Shown here piece by piece: positions 37,701 to 51,559 of a DNA stretch of 64,000 bases; within the stretch, counting starts at the first letter, position 1, and the number at the start of each line of letters is the position of its first letter. The stretch is from positions 79,360,001 through 79,424,000 of the forward strand of contig OZ260661.1 in the NCBI GenBank assembly GCA_965285935.1, given 5' to 3'. The translations under genes were made by a program, and so were the position numbers. The DNA is from Ophelia neglecta. Lineage: Eukaryota. The notes beneath the pieces are model-generated. The model saw only the letters and a program-made list of their open reading frames with translations. It made no database searches and was not told the DNA's origin.

Positions 37701-39293
37701 ATGGGGTTTTAGAAGAATTTGTCCAATTTAATTTCTTGTAGTTTTACATTCCCTCTTGCTCTGTGTCTGACATATTAAGCTTTCTGTTCGACCTTTCCGG
37801 TATTCCCTTAATGCGACTCTTAAAACCTTATTGAACCTAATACGCCAATGTCAATATGAGATCCGACACTCTGGGAACACAGTCAAGAACGCAGCAACAC
37901 TCTGAAAAGGTTTGTTGTCAATTTTCAACCGAATCACTTTCCAAAGGATTTTCATAGGGCTCGTTTGATCCGCAGTTTTTTTTTACTGGCATAACAATTA
38001 TGTTTGGCGTCACCATCTAAATGATGATAATGCTGAACAAATACAAATAATAAAATACGAACAAATATAAGCATTTGCTTGTCTTGCGAAAATCATCTTT
38101 TCCCACCCCGACATTTTAACATGTCTATTGTCTAGTCACGACCTTTTCCGATACAAATAAAGGAACAAGTTGAAAAAAAGAGTAAATACAATTTAGATGG
38201 CAATATCAACCGACGCAATATGGTGGAATTGTGTCAGTCTGCCGTCATTCACTCTCAAAGACACAACGTGCATTGCCCAAAGGGGGGAAATAAAAATATC
38301 GGAGTGGCAGGCCAGACGACTCGGTGAATTCAAAACAGTCCGATTGGAATTGGTTGTATCTCTGAGATACCGACAGAAGGCAGCGGCTCAAAGAGGCGGA
38401 CGACAACATTGCCATGTACATGTCGGATATTACATAAAGCTGAATATTCTTTCCTTCTCAGAAATAGTGAAAGGATTTCAAAAGAGGAAAATCGATGCCA
38501 AATAAGGTAACGCGCTGCCCAATAAACTAATACCCACATAACTGCCGGTCGTGGCATCTTAAAAGCTCAAGGTCACGTGTAAAACTTCTGATACAAAAAG
38601 TTATTAGGATGAAAATGTGACTGGAATTTTCTCATCACATTGCTCTAGTTTAAAGCGCATATCAACATGGTGACAGCCCCGTTATGTAAAGGATTATGTC
38701 CTGCCCGATGAGATTTATATAAAAACTACAGCCGTCAATAGACAACAGCCTAGGGGCACTGAACGCGAGCCCTTTATCAACTGGCTTCTTATAATCCACA
38801 TGTCCGGTGAAGTATGGTATAGGCCTATTCAGGTTAGAAATAGAAAGTGACATAGTTTGTGGGCATTGTGTTTACTGCACAAACATAATCTTTGACACTT
38901 TTAAACAGACTACCCGAAAGTATGTTTGATCAATTATCTGATTTAGAGGTTTATGACAAAACGACAAAACAATGATTAAACTCTATATACTTGTAGCCAG
39001 GCCCTCTACTCTATTTTTTTCACATTCATGGATTCAGATGAACACATATAGATTTACAAAAGTGTACACTTTTCGAAAGTTTAGAATGTAGCCTACTGCA
39101 TGCAAAACCAACGTTTGATTTATTAGATGCTTTATTTTAGTTGATGATTTTGGATAGAAGATGTCTGTAATCACAAATCTGTTTGTCTTTTCCTCTCACA
39201 AATGCTTTAGTAGTTGAAGTGTCCTTGGCAGGAGCAGGCAATCATATATGGTGCTACTCTCCATGAGCACTTCAGCCAATAGGCTTGGTATCT

Positions 39294-39530
39294 ACAGTTA
39301 CCGTGAACTTCATGGCAAAGTTTACCTCAACTTGACAGTAACCGTTTTCCCCATTTGAAGCTACCGTCTCTGTACTGAATTTGAAACACAGAAAAAGGTA
39401 GACTTTGTACTTCTCTAAACTATATTACTAGTTACCATTTGGACAAGTAAACACATGCTTTTAGTTGTTTAATATAGCGCGCCAGGGACACGGTAACGTG
39501 CAGTTACCGTGTCCAGTTACCGCCGGAGTG
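39294..39530 (+). repeat. Dispersed repeat, copy A, with terminal perfect hairpin
   Basis: Core TACCGTCTCTGTACTGAATTTGAA shared with ~44969 and ~46115; GGACACGGTAAC-gtgca-GTTACCGTGTCC stem-loop at 39486-39514. Confidence 0.7.
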
Positions 39531-39669
39531 AAACATACTCGATCAGGAAAGTTGGGGCAAAATGATATGCGATATGAAATTATAGCGTCATCGGCGACTA
39601 CGACAGGATATAATGCGACATCAATCCACATGACGCTATAGAGCCGCTAGGTGACAAAAGTCAAAATGA

Positions 39670-40412
39670 CGTTGAAGCGCCATAGGCGAGTACAGCTGAC
39701 AATGACACTAACTAGAGCGCCATAAGAGACTACAACTGACAATGACACCATCTAGAACGCCATAATAGACTACAACTGTCAATGACACTATCTAGAGCGC
39801 CATAAGAGACTGCGGCTGTCAATGACACTATCCAGAGCGCCATGAGAGACTACAGCTGACAATGACACTATCTATAGCGCCATAAGAGACTACAGCTGAC
39901 AATGACACTATCTAGACCGCTATAAGAGACTGCGGCTGACAATGACACTATCTTGAGCGCAATAAGAGACTACAGCTGACAATGACACTATCTAGAGCGC
40001 CATAGGCGACTATTGTTAACAATGAAACTATTTAGAGTGTCATAGGAGTCTATAGTTAACAATGACACTACCTAGAGCGCCACAGGCGACTACAGTAGAC
40101 GATGACACTATCTATTGAGCGCCATAGGCGACTATAGTTAATAATGACACTATCTAGAGCGCCATAGGCGACTACAGTAGACAACGACACTATCTAGAGC
40201 GACATAGGAGACTACAGTAAACAACGACACTATCTAGCGCGCCATAGGCGACTATAGTTAACAATGAAACTATCTAGAGCGCCATAGGCGACTAAAGTTA
40301 ACAATGACACTATCTAGATGGCCATAGGCGACTACTGTAGACAATGACACTATCTAGAGCGCCATAGGCGAATATATTTAACAATGACACTACCAGGACC
40401 ATCATAGGCGAG
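39670..40412. repeat. 40-bp minisatellite, ~18 units (TCTAGAGCGCCATARGMGACTACAGYTRACAATGACACTA)
   Basis: 40-bp period; two sequence subtypes in the 5' and 3' halves. Confidence 0.96.
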
Positions 40413-42951
40413 TTAAAATGTTGTGATGCAATATACAGGAGAATGAGAATTTCCATGCCTCGATCCCAAATCACATCTACGCCGCTATCCAGGTGCTTTT
40501 GTCATCTAAGCAAATTTTGCAAGCTTTTGCTGTCTTCATGGACCATGTTTTAAAAATGAAATGCTTTAACATCATTTGTAAAAAGCACGTGTTTAATACT
40601 TGTCCACACTGATCTATCAAACTTGTTTTTGTATAGGCAGCTTTTCACGTCGAAAATTGGACTTTTTCTTAACTGCAATGGCACATCTGAGCTTATAGGT
40701 AAACTAATCATCGGAAATTCGGACTGGCGAATGGAATTCTTTTAGGCAGACCAAATGGAAAAGGAACATTAATCAAAAAAATAATCAAATCACCGTGACC
40801 GCTTGCGAACTCGCCGTGAACATAGGGCTATTACGGAAAATCTATCCTCACCTATGGTGGTTGCTAGGCGACTGATTTTAAGTTTTCCTGATCCCTTTCA
40901 TCACAAGATCTTGATTCCATAAAGCTTCAAACTAGGCAAGTAACTTCTGTTAAGCAGTGTAAACACAAAAACTTCATTCGTCTTTACTTTCCATCAGGTT
41001 TTATCCAATGCCGGGCTGTCTTGTTTCCCTGAGATGATAGTGTACAGTACGTCTGATTCTCACCAGACTACAGGCAACATAGCACAAGACGGTCAAAGAT
41101 GTTATTAATATTATTAAAGTCTTTGATGTTATTAGCCTTAGATGTAATTTGATTACAGTAAATTACAACAATGCAAAGTAAAATAAACTAATAAAGTGAG
41201 GGTTTACATCAACAAATAATTTTTTATAAGGAAAATCCCAAGACTGTCTAAAGATAATTTCAATACTACCAAATTTCTTAAGATGTGAAAAGGTCATTCA
41301 AATTAAAAAAAAAAAAAACTTAACTAAGACTAAATATCCCCACCTCCACATCGTACTCTGCTGGTTGAGAAAAAATAAGCTACTTTGGCAGCAAAGATTT
41401 GCACTATGACAATGTAAATTTAATAGTCTGCGCATATTTTGGGATCAAGAGCCCAACGAAGGGGAGTGGATACCATTGGATGACCGGTAGACAAACCGAA
41501 ATGGTAAGAAGAAAAGCGGCAAACCCCGCTAGAGTGTAGGTCAGCCGGGTAGCCTGGTAGCTGACGCCAAAAGTTGAAAATATTTACACTCCTGCCCTGT
41601 TTTTTTCCTAGAGACCGCTGCGTTGGATTGGAACAAGTTTGTACTCACCAAAAGACAAACGTCCCGAAAGTGAAACGACAGAAATATACATAACGTGTTT
41701 ATAACTGTACTGGTAAGTAACGTTGCAGTTTCATAAAATAATATTGACTAGTAGCTGGGAGTTTATATATGTCGTCCAGCAAACATGTCAGACGTGTAAC
41801 CACAGTGACTTGAACGCCTTGACAAGTCATTATCTTTTTATTAAGTGACAGTAAGTATTTACCAAACACAGAGGGTAAATATGAACAAAACAAGAACAAA
41901 TTGAAACAATAATTGATAAGAATTGAATAACTAATAAATTAATAAACTAAGACAAAACCTGTCATAGATATCTATAGTTTCCATTACCATTGTTCCACAC
42001 ATTAAGTCATGTACAATCAGTAGATCTATCACATTGGTGATATTAAAAACAAACACATACAGCTACTCGATGCGTGCGTCCAGGTCGTTTAAATTTATGT
42101 TCTTGTGATTTGGGGTGGTTCCCAATAGGCCGCCACGCCATTCTCAAACAAGTTCGGAAGGCAAACAGCGTTTTAAAATGGTGACCGATAAAACAGGAAC
42201 GGATTTATCCAGTAAATGACTACTAAAACATCAAAATAATGTGTCAGGACCATGACTTTTATGCACTGGAGAGTCATTTTGTTGCCAACAATGTCCCCTG
42301 AGAAATCATTAATGTGTTGTCGAAAAAAAATCAATAACATGATTAGCAAAGTTGTGTAATGTCTGTAGTACGGCACGCTTGAAAAAGTTCATTTTATTTT
42401 TATGGGATTATCCTTTGGAGTGCTGCTAGAAGCTAAAGTAAACCAACTCTGTTTACTGTTATCACAAAATAATTCTATTTCGCAATATCATTTTCAGCCC
42501 CAACGTAATAAAACTTGACTAACTCATAAATGCTTGTAAATAGACCTACGTCCAAAAACCCAATGGACAGCGGCGTTTATTGGTAAACCCTCAAACCTCC
42601 CCCTCTATCCTTTTTCTACACTATCGATATGAGATAAACGTAACTGCTGCGGTATAGTTTTTAAGGAACATGCATGCATGTGTTCCGAAAATCAATACAC
42701 TAATTTCATCCATATATAAAAAGAGCGATACCCTGATTGTAAAAGTATAGCAACTGTATCGTTGAAGTAGGTTTTATATCCGAGCTCGGATGTTATAACA
42801 AAATTTGGTCAATATTCACTTGCCAAATGAAATGGGGAATACCAGTACCTCGATTCCCAGAGCTGGCACATTCGAGGTCCATCATCTCGCATGCTTGTCC
42901 GCCATACTTCTCCGCCGAGTTCGGAATCTATAGCTACAGTAATAGCTTTTC

Positions 42952-43106
42952 AATCGATTTAATCATGATATGATACAGGCTTATAATAAATATGGACTAG
43001 AAATACTGTAAGTCCAGTAAATTTGACGGAAATCGAATTAATCATGATGTGATACAGGCCTATTTATTTGGAGTAGAAATACTGTAACTCCAGTAAATTC
43101 GACGGA
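42952..43106. repeat. ~78-bp tandem repeat (2 visible units) running into the assembly gap
   Basis: AATCGA.TTAATCATGAT.TGATACAGGC...TAGAAATACTGTAA.TCCAGTAAATT.GACGGA at 42952 and 43031. Confidence 0.85.
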
Positions 43107-43272
43107 NNNNNNNNNNNNNNNNNNNNNNNNNNNNNNNNNNNNNNNNNNNNNNNNNNNNNNNNNNNNNNNNNNNNNNNNNNNNNNNNNNNNNNNNNNNNNN
43201 NNNNNNNNNNNNNNNNNNNNNNNNNNNNNNNNNNNNNNNNNNNNNNNNNNNNNNNNNNNNNNNNNNNNNNNN
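43107..43272. other. Assembly gap (166 N)
   Basis: Run of N. Confidence 1.
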
Positions 43273-43659
43273 TAAACTTCATTTTTATCTCAATATTTCA
43301 TTAACGTATAGAGACTTTTGCATACTATTTTTTTTCGAGATTTATTTCCTATCGGGTTATTATTTGGCCAGTGATATAGGTTGAATGTTTATGGCTCGGA
43401 GATAATCCATCCGCCTGATAGCTTAATGGACTCCATTAGCACCATTTGAAGCTCTTGCAAATTTTTCGAGCCACATGGCTATGTACCACTGCAGTGACTG
43501 ACAAAAATGTTCACGCCTATTCATTTCTTTTTGTATAATATGCCACGCTAACTCAGTCTCCCACTATTTCTGTATTACAGATTGCTGTTACAGGAAACTG
43601 ATAAAGTATTCATGAGAAAAAGCTCCATACATTTCGTTGCAAAGCCTGACGGCACAAGC

Positions 43660-43830
43660 AAAAAGAAGGTGATTAATTTGGTAGTACATGGAGATATGAA
43701 TTTAAGAATAATAACAGACACTATTAATCTATGTAAACTCTTCAGTAAACAGCCGAGTTCGGCGTGTGTTCAACACGTCTCCGGTTACAAGATATTAAAA
43801 GACTGGCTATTAACCAAACCAAACCCAGCT
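43660..43830 (+). mobile_element. Possible LINE AP-endonuclease remnant
   Basis: NLVVHGDMNLRII ... KDWLLTKPN resembles the GDxN and D.I.TN motifs; spacing slightly short. Confidence 0.3.
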
Positions 43831-44433
43831 ATTAATATCACAAGACCCTAATAGGGGTCATTCAGGTCGGTGGTCAAGCCGTTCGAGGCTAGTATGTGGT
43901 CACTTTATCATCAGGCAAGTGAAGTGACCCCCCCCCCCCTCTCCCACTCCTCTCCCCTCCCCCGGCAGGCAATCCAGCTGACCCAAGACCAAATGGACAA
44001 CAACAAAGTGAGCTCATATATACACCGGAGTAAGTGAGAAGCTGAAAATCGTACGCTTGGGAGCTATTGGCCCGTGATTAATCCAGTTATTTCCTAATTG
44101 CAGCCCGGCCCTACTGGCCGATGGGCACAGGCCTGGCTGCGCAGGGCTGCTAACTGACACGTGTGCAGTCGCCCGTGAATCGCCCTGGTTATTCATTGCC
44201 CCATTGAGTTCCTCCCAACCAGCTGCGATGCTGTCTCCTATGTCCATGCTCGGCATGTCCAACGGACTCCATGGCAGATAGTCATTATTGTTCCGTGGAT
44301 AATAATGGAAAATCTGCGACGAAGGTCGATGAATATTTTACCAAGCAGGTTGAATAGTGTAAGCACTTAGACCACACAGTTTCAAACTTCTGTCATCGTA
44401 ACGACACAAGCAGCCCATGGCACAATGTAGCTA

Positions 44434-44493
44434 GTGATGACCGTACAGGGAGGTCCGGCATCGTGATGACCGTACAGGGAGGTCCGGCATCGT
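44434..44493. repeat. 29-bp perfect tandem duplication
   Basis: GTGATGACCGTACAGGGAGGTCCGGCATC x2. Confidence 0.95.
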
Positions 44494-44924
44494 CATGGCG
44501 GCAGGTGACTTTGATAGGTTTACATCGTGTGTTTTTTCTCGTATTCTGCGATGTTTTGTATAGCCTTGTTTACTTTATAATATGCAAAATTGACGAACTA
44601 CTATAATTTACATTCTTGTTCAAAGAGGAATTGCCCCACGAAGCAGGGGGGGGGGGATTTATGTTTACCCGGGTAAAATAACCCCTCCCCCTACGCCAAG
44701 TTTAACCACTAATTTAAAAGTAAATTTATTGGTTTAAAAAGTAAGTTCATAAATTAATCCTCAAGATTTGACATAATAATGCCATTTTCATTTTGCTCTC
44801 TCTAGCTGACACAGCCATTGGTATCTGGTTTTTGTGATGTATACTTGTATCGCTGCAGTTCTGTCAGTTTTCGAAACGCCATACGTTGAAGATGCAAAAC
44901 ATTATGCAAAATTCGAACTCAGGT

Positions 44925-45015
44925 TGGGAATTACACCTTGACAAGGACAATCCATATCATTTTATAGTTACCGTCCCTGTGTTGAATTTGAAGCATAGCT
45001 AAAAAAAACCTTCTT
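44925..45015 (+). repeat. Dispersed repeat, copy B (partial)
   Basis: CTTGACA...AGTTACCGTCCCTGTGTTGAATTTGAAGCA aligns with copy A. Confidence 0.55.
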
Positions 45016-46089
45016 AAAGAGGTGGGTGGCATAATACATTTTACGCTGAAATGAATAAATAATAAATATTAAAACTGTTCCCCTATTTGTATTTGTTTTT
45101 AAAAAGGCCATTTAATCTATACCATCTCAAGAAGGGGTTCTGAATATATTTATGACAGGCAAACCCGAACAACCCACTATTGTCTCTTTCAGCTCAAACG
45201 AATCTGGGGTAGGTGCCAATCTGATTGTATCTTACAGGCACACATAATTATGATAATTAAATGTTACAAATCGCATTTCTATTCAATCATAATCAATCAA
45301 CGAGATGTGATGCGATATGGCAAAGAATGTGCACAACGCAGTGAAAACGGTCGCATATAAAAAAGTTACAAATAATGTTTACTGGAGTCCGCCGACTTTT
45401 TGGGTGTAATCAAGCGACATTTTCTGTACCATTGAAATCTCATTTATCTGAACAAGAACAAGAAAACTATTTGATTGAAAAAGCAACTCAAGTACTATTT
45501 CGAACCACTGGACTAAGCATATAAGACCCAACAGCTGTTAAACGAAGAATGTATTTAGTCGGGCCTAGCCTCAGGTACTAGCCTAAACATTACTCGACAA
45601 CCTCACGGAAAATACCACAATATTCTAGAAGGATGGAAATTGGAAAGATGTTTCCTATATGATGAAATAAGATGGAACGTGAAGGTTAACTCACAACAAA
45701 GCAAATAAATGCATGTATACACAAATACAAGGCCGCTCAGAGTCGTACGAACAGATAACCTGTCAAACTTTTACCTTTTTGGATCTTTTGCTACATGGAT
45801 TTTCCATTTTATACTGGCAAAACGCGGGACAGTGCAGTGCGATTAACGTATATGCATTAGATATATTATTATATCACTATATAATAATAACGTAGCAGTT
45901 TATAGCAGTTTAATGTTACTCAAATCTAACCCACGCTGTGTAAAACCAATAATGATCTTTATTGAAATTTTCCAGCGTATGGTCAGCAAATTTAATAAAC
46001 AGCAAATAAGCTAAAGGTGTGTTCAATTTCCGGATCGCTGAGAGTAACATGTACAGTATAAAACAAAATATTGTGTCAACTTTGAACCT

Positions 46090-46340
46090 GTGAACGGTAT
46101 CTCATCTTGACTATTACCGTCTCTGTTTTGAATTTGAATTACAACAAAGGGTGGACTTATTACTTCTTTAAACAATATCACGTGATACAATATGGCTATC
46201 GAAAGACATGCACTCAGTTATATTAAAGAATCATGTGCATATCTGTGAAAAATCAGGCGAAGTAATTATGCAAAAATATAGCGGCTTGCCATGAAGGAAG
46301 CGGTATCTTCTGCTGCCGTGCTCAGTGGTGCGGGAGTGCA
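46090..46340 (+). repeat. Dispersed repeat, copy C
   Basis: TTACCGTCTCTGTTTTGAATTTGAA..ACAAAGGGTGGACTT..TACTTCTTTAAAC...AATATAGCG..GCCA...CGGTA...GGAGTG collinear with copy A. Confidence 0.7.
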
Positions 46341-47144
46341 GTGGCAAACTTTGATAAAAAAAAGTGACAAGACAACGAAAATTCTACTTGTACAGCTAGT
46401 ACTTCTTTAACATAGTTTACGTTCCTACTGTAGAAGGATGATTGATTTATATTTTGCCTTCAAGTACACAGCCTACCCAGACCTCAGTTTTTTAATTAAC
46501 ATAAATCGCCGTTTTTTTTCCTCATGTCAAATAAGGCAAACTACGGTATGATTTACTGTTTAAAAGACCATAGTCCGGTTTTGCAATCTCGCCTAGGCCA
46601 TGATCCAATAGTAATATATCTTTCGACACTTCCCCGACCCATTGTCTCTGTTTATTGCCGTATTACATTATGTTTTATCAGCCGAGAAGGGATTCGACGC
46701 ACGCGCGGAAGATTGTCGGCAGGCAGAACTAATGAGGCGGGCCGGTCTTCGGTCAATTGTTGGCCGATCCGATCAAAGGATGTGTGTCTTACTTGATGGA
46801 TAAATATGGTCATTAGACCATTTTATCAGAAATGGCTTGACACGGGGAAGGTCATCAGTTATACGTACATATTCTTATTAGATTAAAGACGACCGTATTT
46901 GGGGTTGGGTGTAATAAATAACAGGATGAGGGCAAACTTATTGGGATGAATATACAATCGAATTTTGGTCGTAGCGCGTGCGGTTTAATGCCATGAATTC
47001 TACTTTAACCTTAGTACCCAGGCCTGATAATGTTACTAAATAGAAGGCAATGCTCATTTGTGAGTTTTGGTGTGTCTGTAAATGTGAGTGAATGAGCGAG
47101 TGCGTCAGATAGGGAGATATAGTAAGCGGTGAGGGCTCAGGTGC

Positions 47145-47193
47145 TGTGTGTGTGTGTGTGTGTGTTATTAAGAGAGGGAGAGAGAGAGAGAGA
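47145..47193. repeat. (TG)n and (GA)n microsatellites
   Basis: Read directly. Confidence 0.9.
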
Positions 47194-48053
47194 TTCCACA
47201 TTATTAAAATTTTGACACGAGCCCTAACACTACTGCGAATTTCATTTAACAATGATCGCTTATATGACATTGTAACATTATAACAGATTGCTCTAAATAG
47301 TCTTAGATGTGTTTTCCACTGTATTATTGGTTCAGGTTGGGTCTACCTTTTCCTTAAGTTTCGAATGGACAAGGACAAATATGCAACTGAAGGCACTTGT
47401 CTGCGGTATGAGTTTGTAATCATTATTACCAGTTCAATCTGAGAAAACTACTTAAGTGGGCAAGCAGCGTCAGTCGTGCGAGTGACATTCACGTCGCCGA
47501 GCCTGCGGGCAGTCAGGGATTGTATTACTTCTTTTTATTGCCAGCCTGGGCCTTAGAATAGCCAACCAAAGCATTTGGACTGTTCATTAGGCTTTTGAAC
47601 ATCATAATATGAAGGCAGTGTGATGTTGATTGTCGTCTGCCAGATCTTTTCACTTATTATTAACAGTCTTTCATCAATGTATGGTCATAATAGTAAGAAG
47701 TGATCCATGTTCTGTCGATATAAATGACAGTCTTGTTTCCGGTGCCTCGTAAACATGGGCACGCCCAATTCAGGCATTGTTCTTCAATTTGTTTCGCGCT
47801 CTGGGCGTCAACGGCAATATAACAACGAGTTCGTTTGGAGGTGCTGGTTGATGGGTACCTCCCTGATGCTAAGAGACAGCATGGTATAGGTATTGGTAGT
47901 ATTTAATAGTCTACACTTCATGGTTATTGCGATAATAGTTTGTCAATCTCTTGTGAATGTTAAGGTTTGAAAAAGCTACATATTTCAATATTCAGTTCGT
48001 AAATTGCCATTCATTTAGGACATAATTATCGTCGTGCTCACTCCATTAAACGA

Positions 48054-48101
48054 TGAATGAATGAATGAATGAATGAATGAATGAATGAATGAATGAATGA
48101 A
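48054..48101. repeat. (TGAA)n microsatellite
   Basis: Read directly. Confidence 0.95.
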
Positions 48102-51100
48102 TTTGTTCATTCGAGTCTGACTTATCATATACAATGCAATAATATATTCATTTCAAAACATGTCTCCTCATGCAAGAGCGTATCAACAAAACCACACACC
48201 TACCTAAGGGCTGTGCTAGAAGCAAAACTATCATTTAAACGAGCACGTCATGTTAGTACAATGAACCTTGAGTATGTGCGCTTAACTTGGGACCATAAAA
48301 ACGGATGGAACCAAGTACGAGGTAGATGTGGAGGTGTTTCTTTGCAATACAAATATATAAATATGCACAGTGTTGTGAATGTAAATGTGACGATGTTTCG
48401 TTTCGTATAGCTTTCAAAATCATCTGTTGTGTAGGAATAGTTTTACACTCAGTCTGTTTAAAACTTAGTTCTCCTTGTATCACCCTGCAGCTTTATTTTA
48501 ATAATTTCTGATCCGATGGTTTATATGTTTATATATAGATATTCAAAACATTTATACGACAGGTATAACCCTATCTTGCTCTGTGGTCCCTTTTTACATC
48601 TTAATTGATTTAAAGCCTTTCATGGTTCTTTCTGATTTAGTTTTTGTGCTTACAAAAAGTCCCTATAGTATCTCCTTGTGCTTAAACCGGAAGTCTCTGT
48701 ATAGATGCCAAGTTCGAATCATCAATCATGGCTCTTGTTTGCCAATCAGGAGTGGCGTGAATCACTCGAGCGTAAGCTGAATTCACCACGAACCTGCACT
48801 CGATTAGCATTCATAAACGGTATCGGAATCTTGAAAGGCCTCTTCGTGCAAGAAATTTATCACGAATCCTTTTATTCGTTTTGGTTTATGACTCCCATTG
48901 CTGAATCATATTTGGGCGCTATATATGATCGGCCTAGTAATGTATCTGAACTGACTGGAATGCTAATTTGATATAAAGTTACAATACCCTTTAGGGTTGT
49001 TTTGTCATGCATGTTTTGAAATCCGATTTTAACATTTCAAAGACTACTTCCGTTTGTGACTACTACAGTACGTATAACTACTCGGCTTGCAGAAACTAGG
49101 CAAATAATGAAAAGTAAAATGGCTAGCTAGTAGCCAGTTACCGCCATTTGAAATCTGGGTTCATTCAGCTTGTAAAAATGAAATACCCAGGTCACATGAT
49201 GTAATGTTGGCATCCAAAGTTTGTTGTACATAATATGAAGGGTTTGTCCTGTGTATTTGGGAAGTAGAGCGCTATGTGGATTGGATTTTTTGCCTCACAA
49301 ATCATAGCTTCACACTGTGGTAGACTTGGTGCATTGTGTTTAAATGAAAACCGCCATTAAACATTCGCACAACATCTGTGCCTTGCTGTAGAATCACTGG
49401 TGTTCAATATTAAAAACAATTTTGGTTCATCTTACGCAATGTTACTTGTTCTTTTACCAACAAGCTCTCGCAAAACCGGCAGGATGAGAGTACTTCGTCG
49501 TGTTCGTAAAGTATTCATTAATATCGGTGTATTGCTACTCCAGTTAATGGTTCTCGTTAATGGTCTGTTGACATTTATCAGACTAACCATTATCTGTACA
49601 ATCTTTTAAATTAGTATCGCTATAATATTATTTAGACATTATAACGTGCTGGCGTGTAGACAAGAAATAATGAGATTTACCCAGCACCTGCTGAAGAAGA
49701 GTGAAAAACAATGCCATTAAGATATTAATCCTATTTCGGGTTACACGCACTTTCTTCTTTACGAGCATTGTAGCTAAAGTTACCCCCTGGTGTCTTTTCT
49801 GGTAGAAACTCACTCCGCCTGCAGCAGCCTTCGGCGGATTGCTTTTTGTTTGCCATAAATTAAGTCGTTCTATTTAAGTTCTTATAATTAAACAGCACAT
49901 GTGTTGAGTCACAATTTCAGGCGGGCAATCCTCATCCCCAATTCTTGATTATTTACTTAAAGCAAACTAGGAAAGTTTTTGCTTTTTTTTTCTTTCCAAA
50001 CAAAGTTTATGTCCTCAACGAATGATGCTTTAGAATATTTAGCGCACATCTGCTGCTTAACTTAACTGCTGACTATAATATTTTCAATCAATCGTTGATT
50101 TACGTTGAATTGATTAATTGATTGTTTAATTAAGGAAAAACTTCAAAAGAATATAATTTATTTTCAGACAAAGAATTCACCCTGTCTGGAGCGAGAACTG
50201 ACCCCGCAGTCACATCTTAGCTGGTAACCTAAAACTTCTCAAGGGTTTCGACATGTTTTGCTACCTTTTTGCGCTGGAATAAAACAACTACTTCAACACA
50301 GCCAAATGAATGGGTCTACATCACCAAGTACATAGCTAGTGTGTGATTGATCGAATTGGGTATATTCTGTGTTACTACAAGGTGAAATTACTTACAACGA
50401 GAAACGCGTAGTTAGCATAGAATACGAGCAAGACAGGGATGCCAGTATAATAGAGAGTTTACATTTTTCTGACGTGTTCGTGCGCTACATGAGCGGCCCA
50501 TCTTGCCAGGCTATAAAATCTGAACAATGTTCCTCTGTAGGTGTCATTTTTGCCTTAAACAATTTAACATGTGTTCTGTTTGCATAAAGTTGGTGTTTTT
50601 GCCAGACGTTCGCTCTGACAGCAATTTTAAAACGCAAATGTTAGTTAGAAGCGTGTAAATGAAGACTTTAGTTAACACCTGGTCCACTATATACTCACAG
50701 AACGTTCATTCTGAGTTTAGATATATGATGCTCGTTTTCCATGCAAATTATTGCAGAATTTACAAGTACATACGTGAAGTTCATAATCTTTGAATACCAC
50801 AGCGAACCAGACGAAAACACTTTGAGTCTCAACATATATTGGCCCTTATATATACTTATACCACACGTATCGGCTCTTTATATAAATCAAATTCTTTTTT
50901 AATATAATTCAGTCCAATTCAAATTATGTTTATATACAAAATTTATATAATATACTAGATCGCGACATAACCACAATATTAATGACCACTCTCAATCAGT
51001 GATTTAGCAGGACAATTGGGAATGGGCATCAACCGAGCAAACCAAGTGACATGTATGTGCTTGATCTTAAATGGAGTTCCTGTATTGTCTTGCAAAACAC

Positions 51101-51559
51101 AAATCGCTAGCAGATGAGTTTTTCTACCTGAGTGGCATCGAGAGAGGATTTTGTTCCTTTGATTGTGAGCAGGAACCCAACAAGTGTTTCCTCTTGTGAC
51201 ACCGAGAAAAGCATTACATTAAGGCGCAACTCCAATGTGCTAATTCTTCATATACATGTATATACGGACCAAATCACCATGGACGAGAAGAGTGCTCATA
51301 CTCTTTCAGGAAAGAATCGCTTTCGGTCACCTCACTTCCATATAAGTCGGTGATGTTTATGATGTCACAAAGATATTACAACGCAATTTGATTGTGAAGT
51401 CATGATGGCCGCCGAAAATCCTTATTACTCACGTACATATCTGTGAGTGCTGCTTCTTGTCTTTCCCAATAACACATGCTTGTATCTCGCGGGAAGCATC
51501 TCAATTTCCAGTCTAACTAACCAACACTTAGCACTAAAAGCAATCATACACTGGAGGTT

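Noticed and set aside
43385-43480. miR-29-like gene (TAGCACCATTTGAA at ~43437, 14-nt match to miR-29b)
   Set aside because: 3' end diverges, and in the local fold the would-be seed lies in the loop rather than on a paired arm
49814-49850. Rho-independent terminator-like hairpin plus T-run
   Set aside because: Eukaryotic context, imperfect stem, no upstream gene
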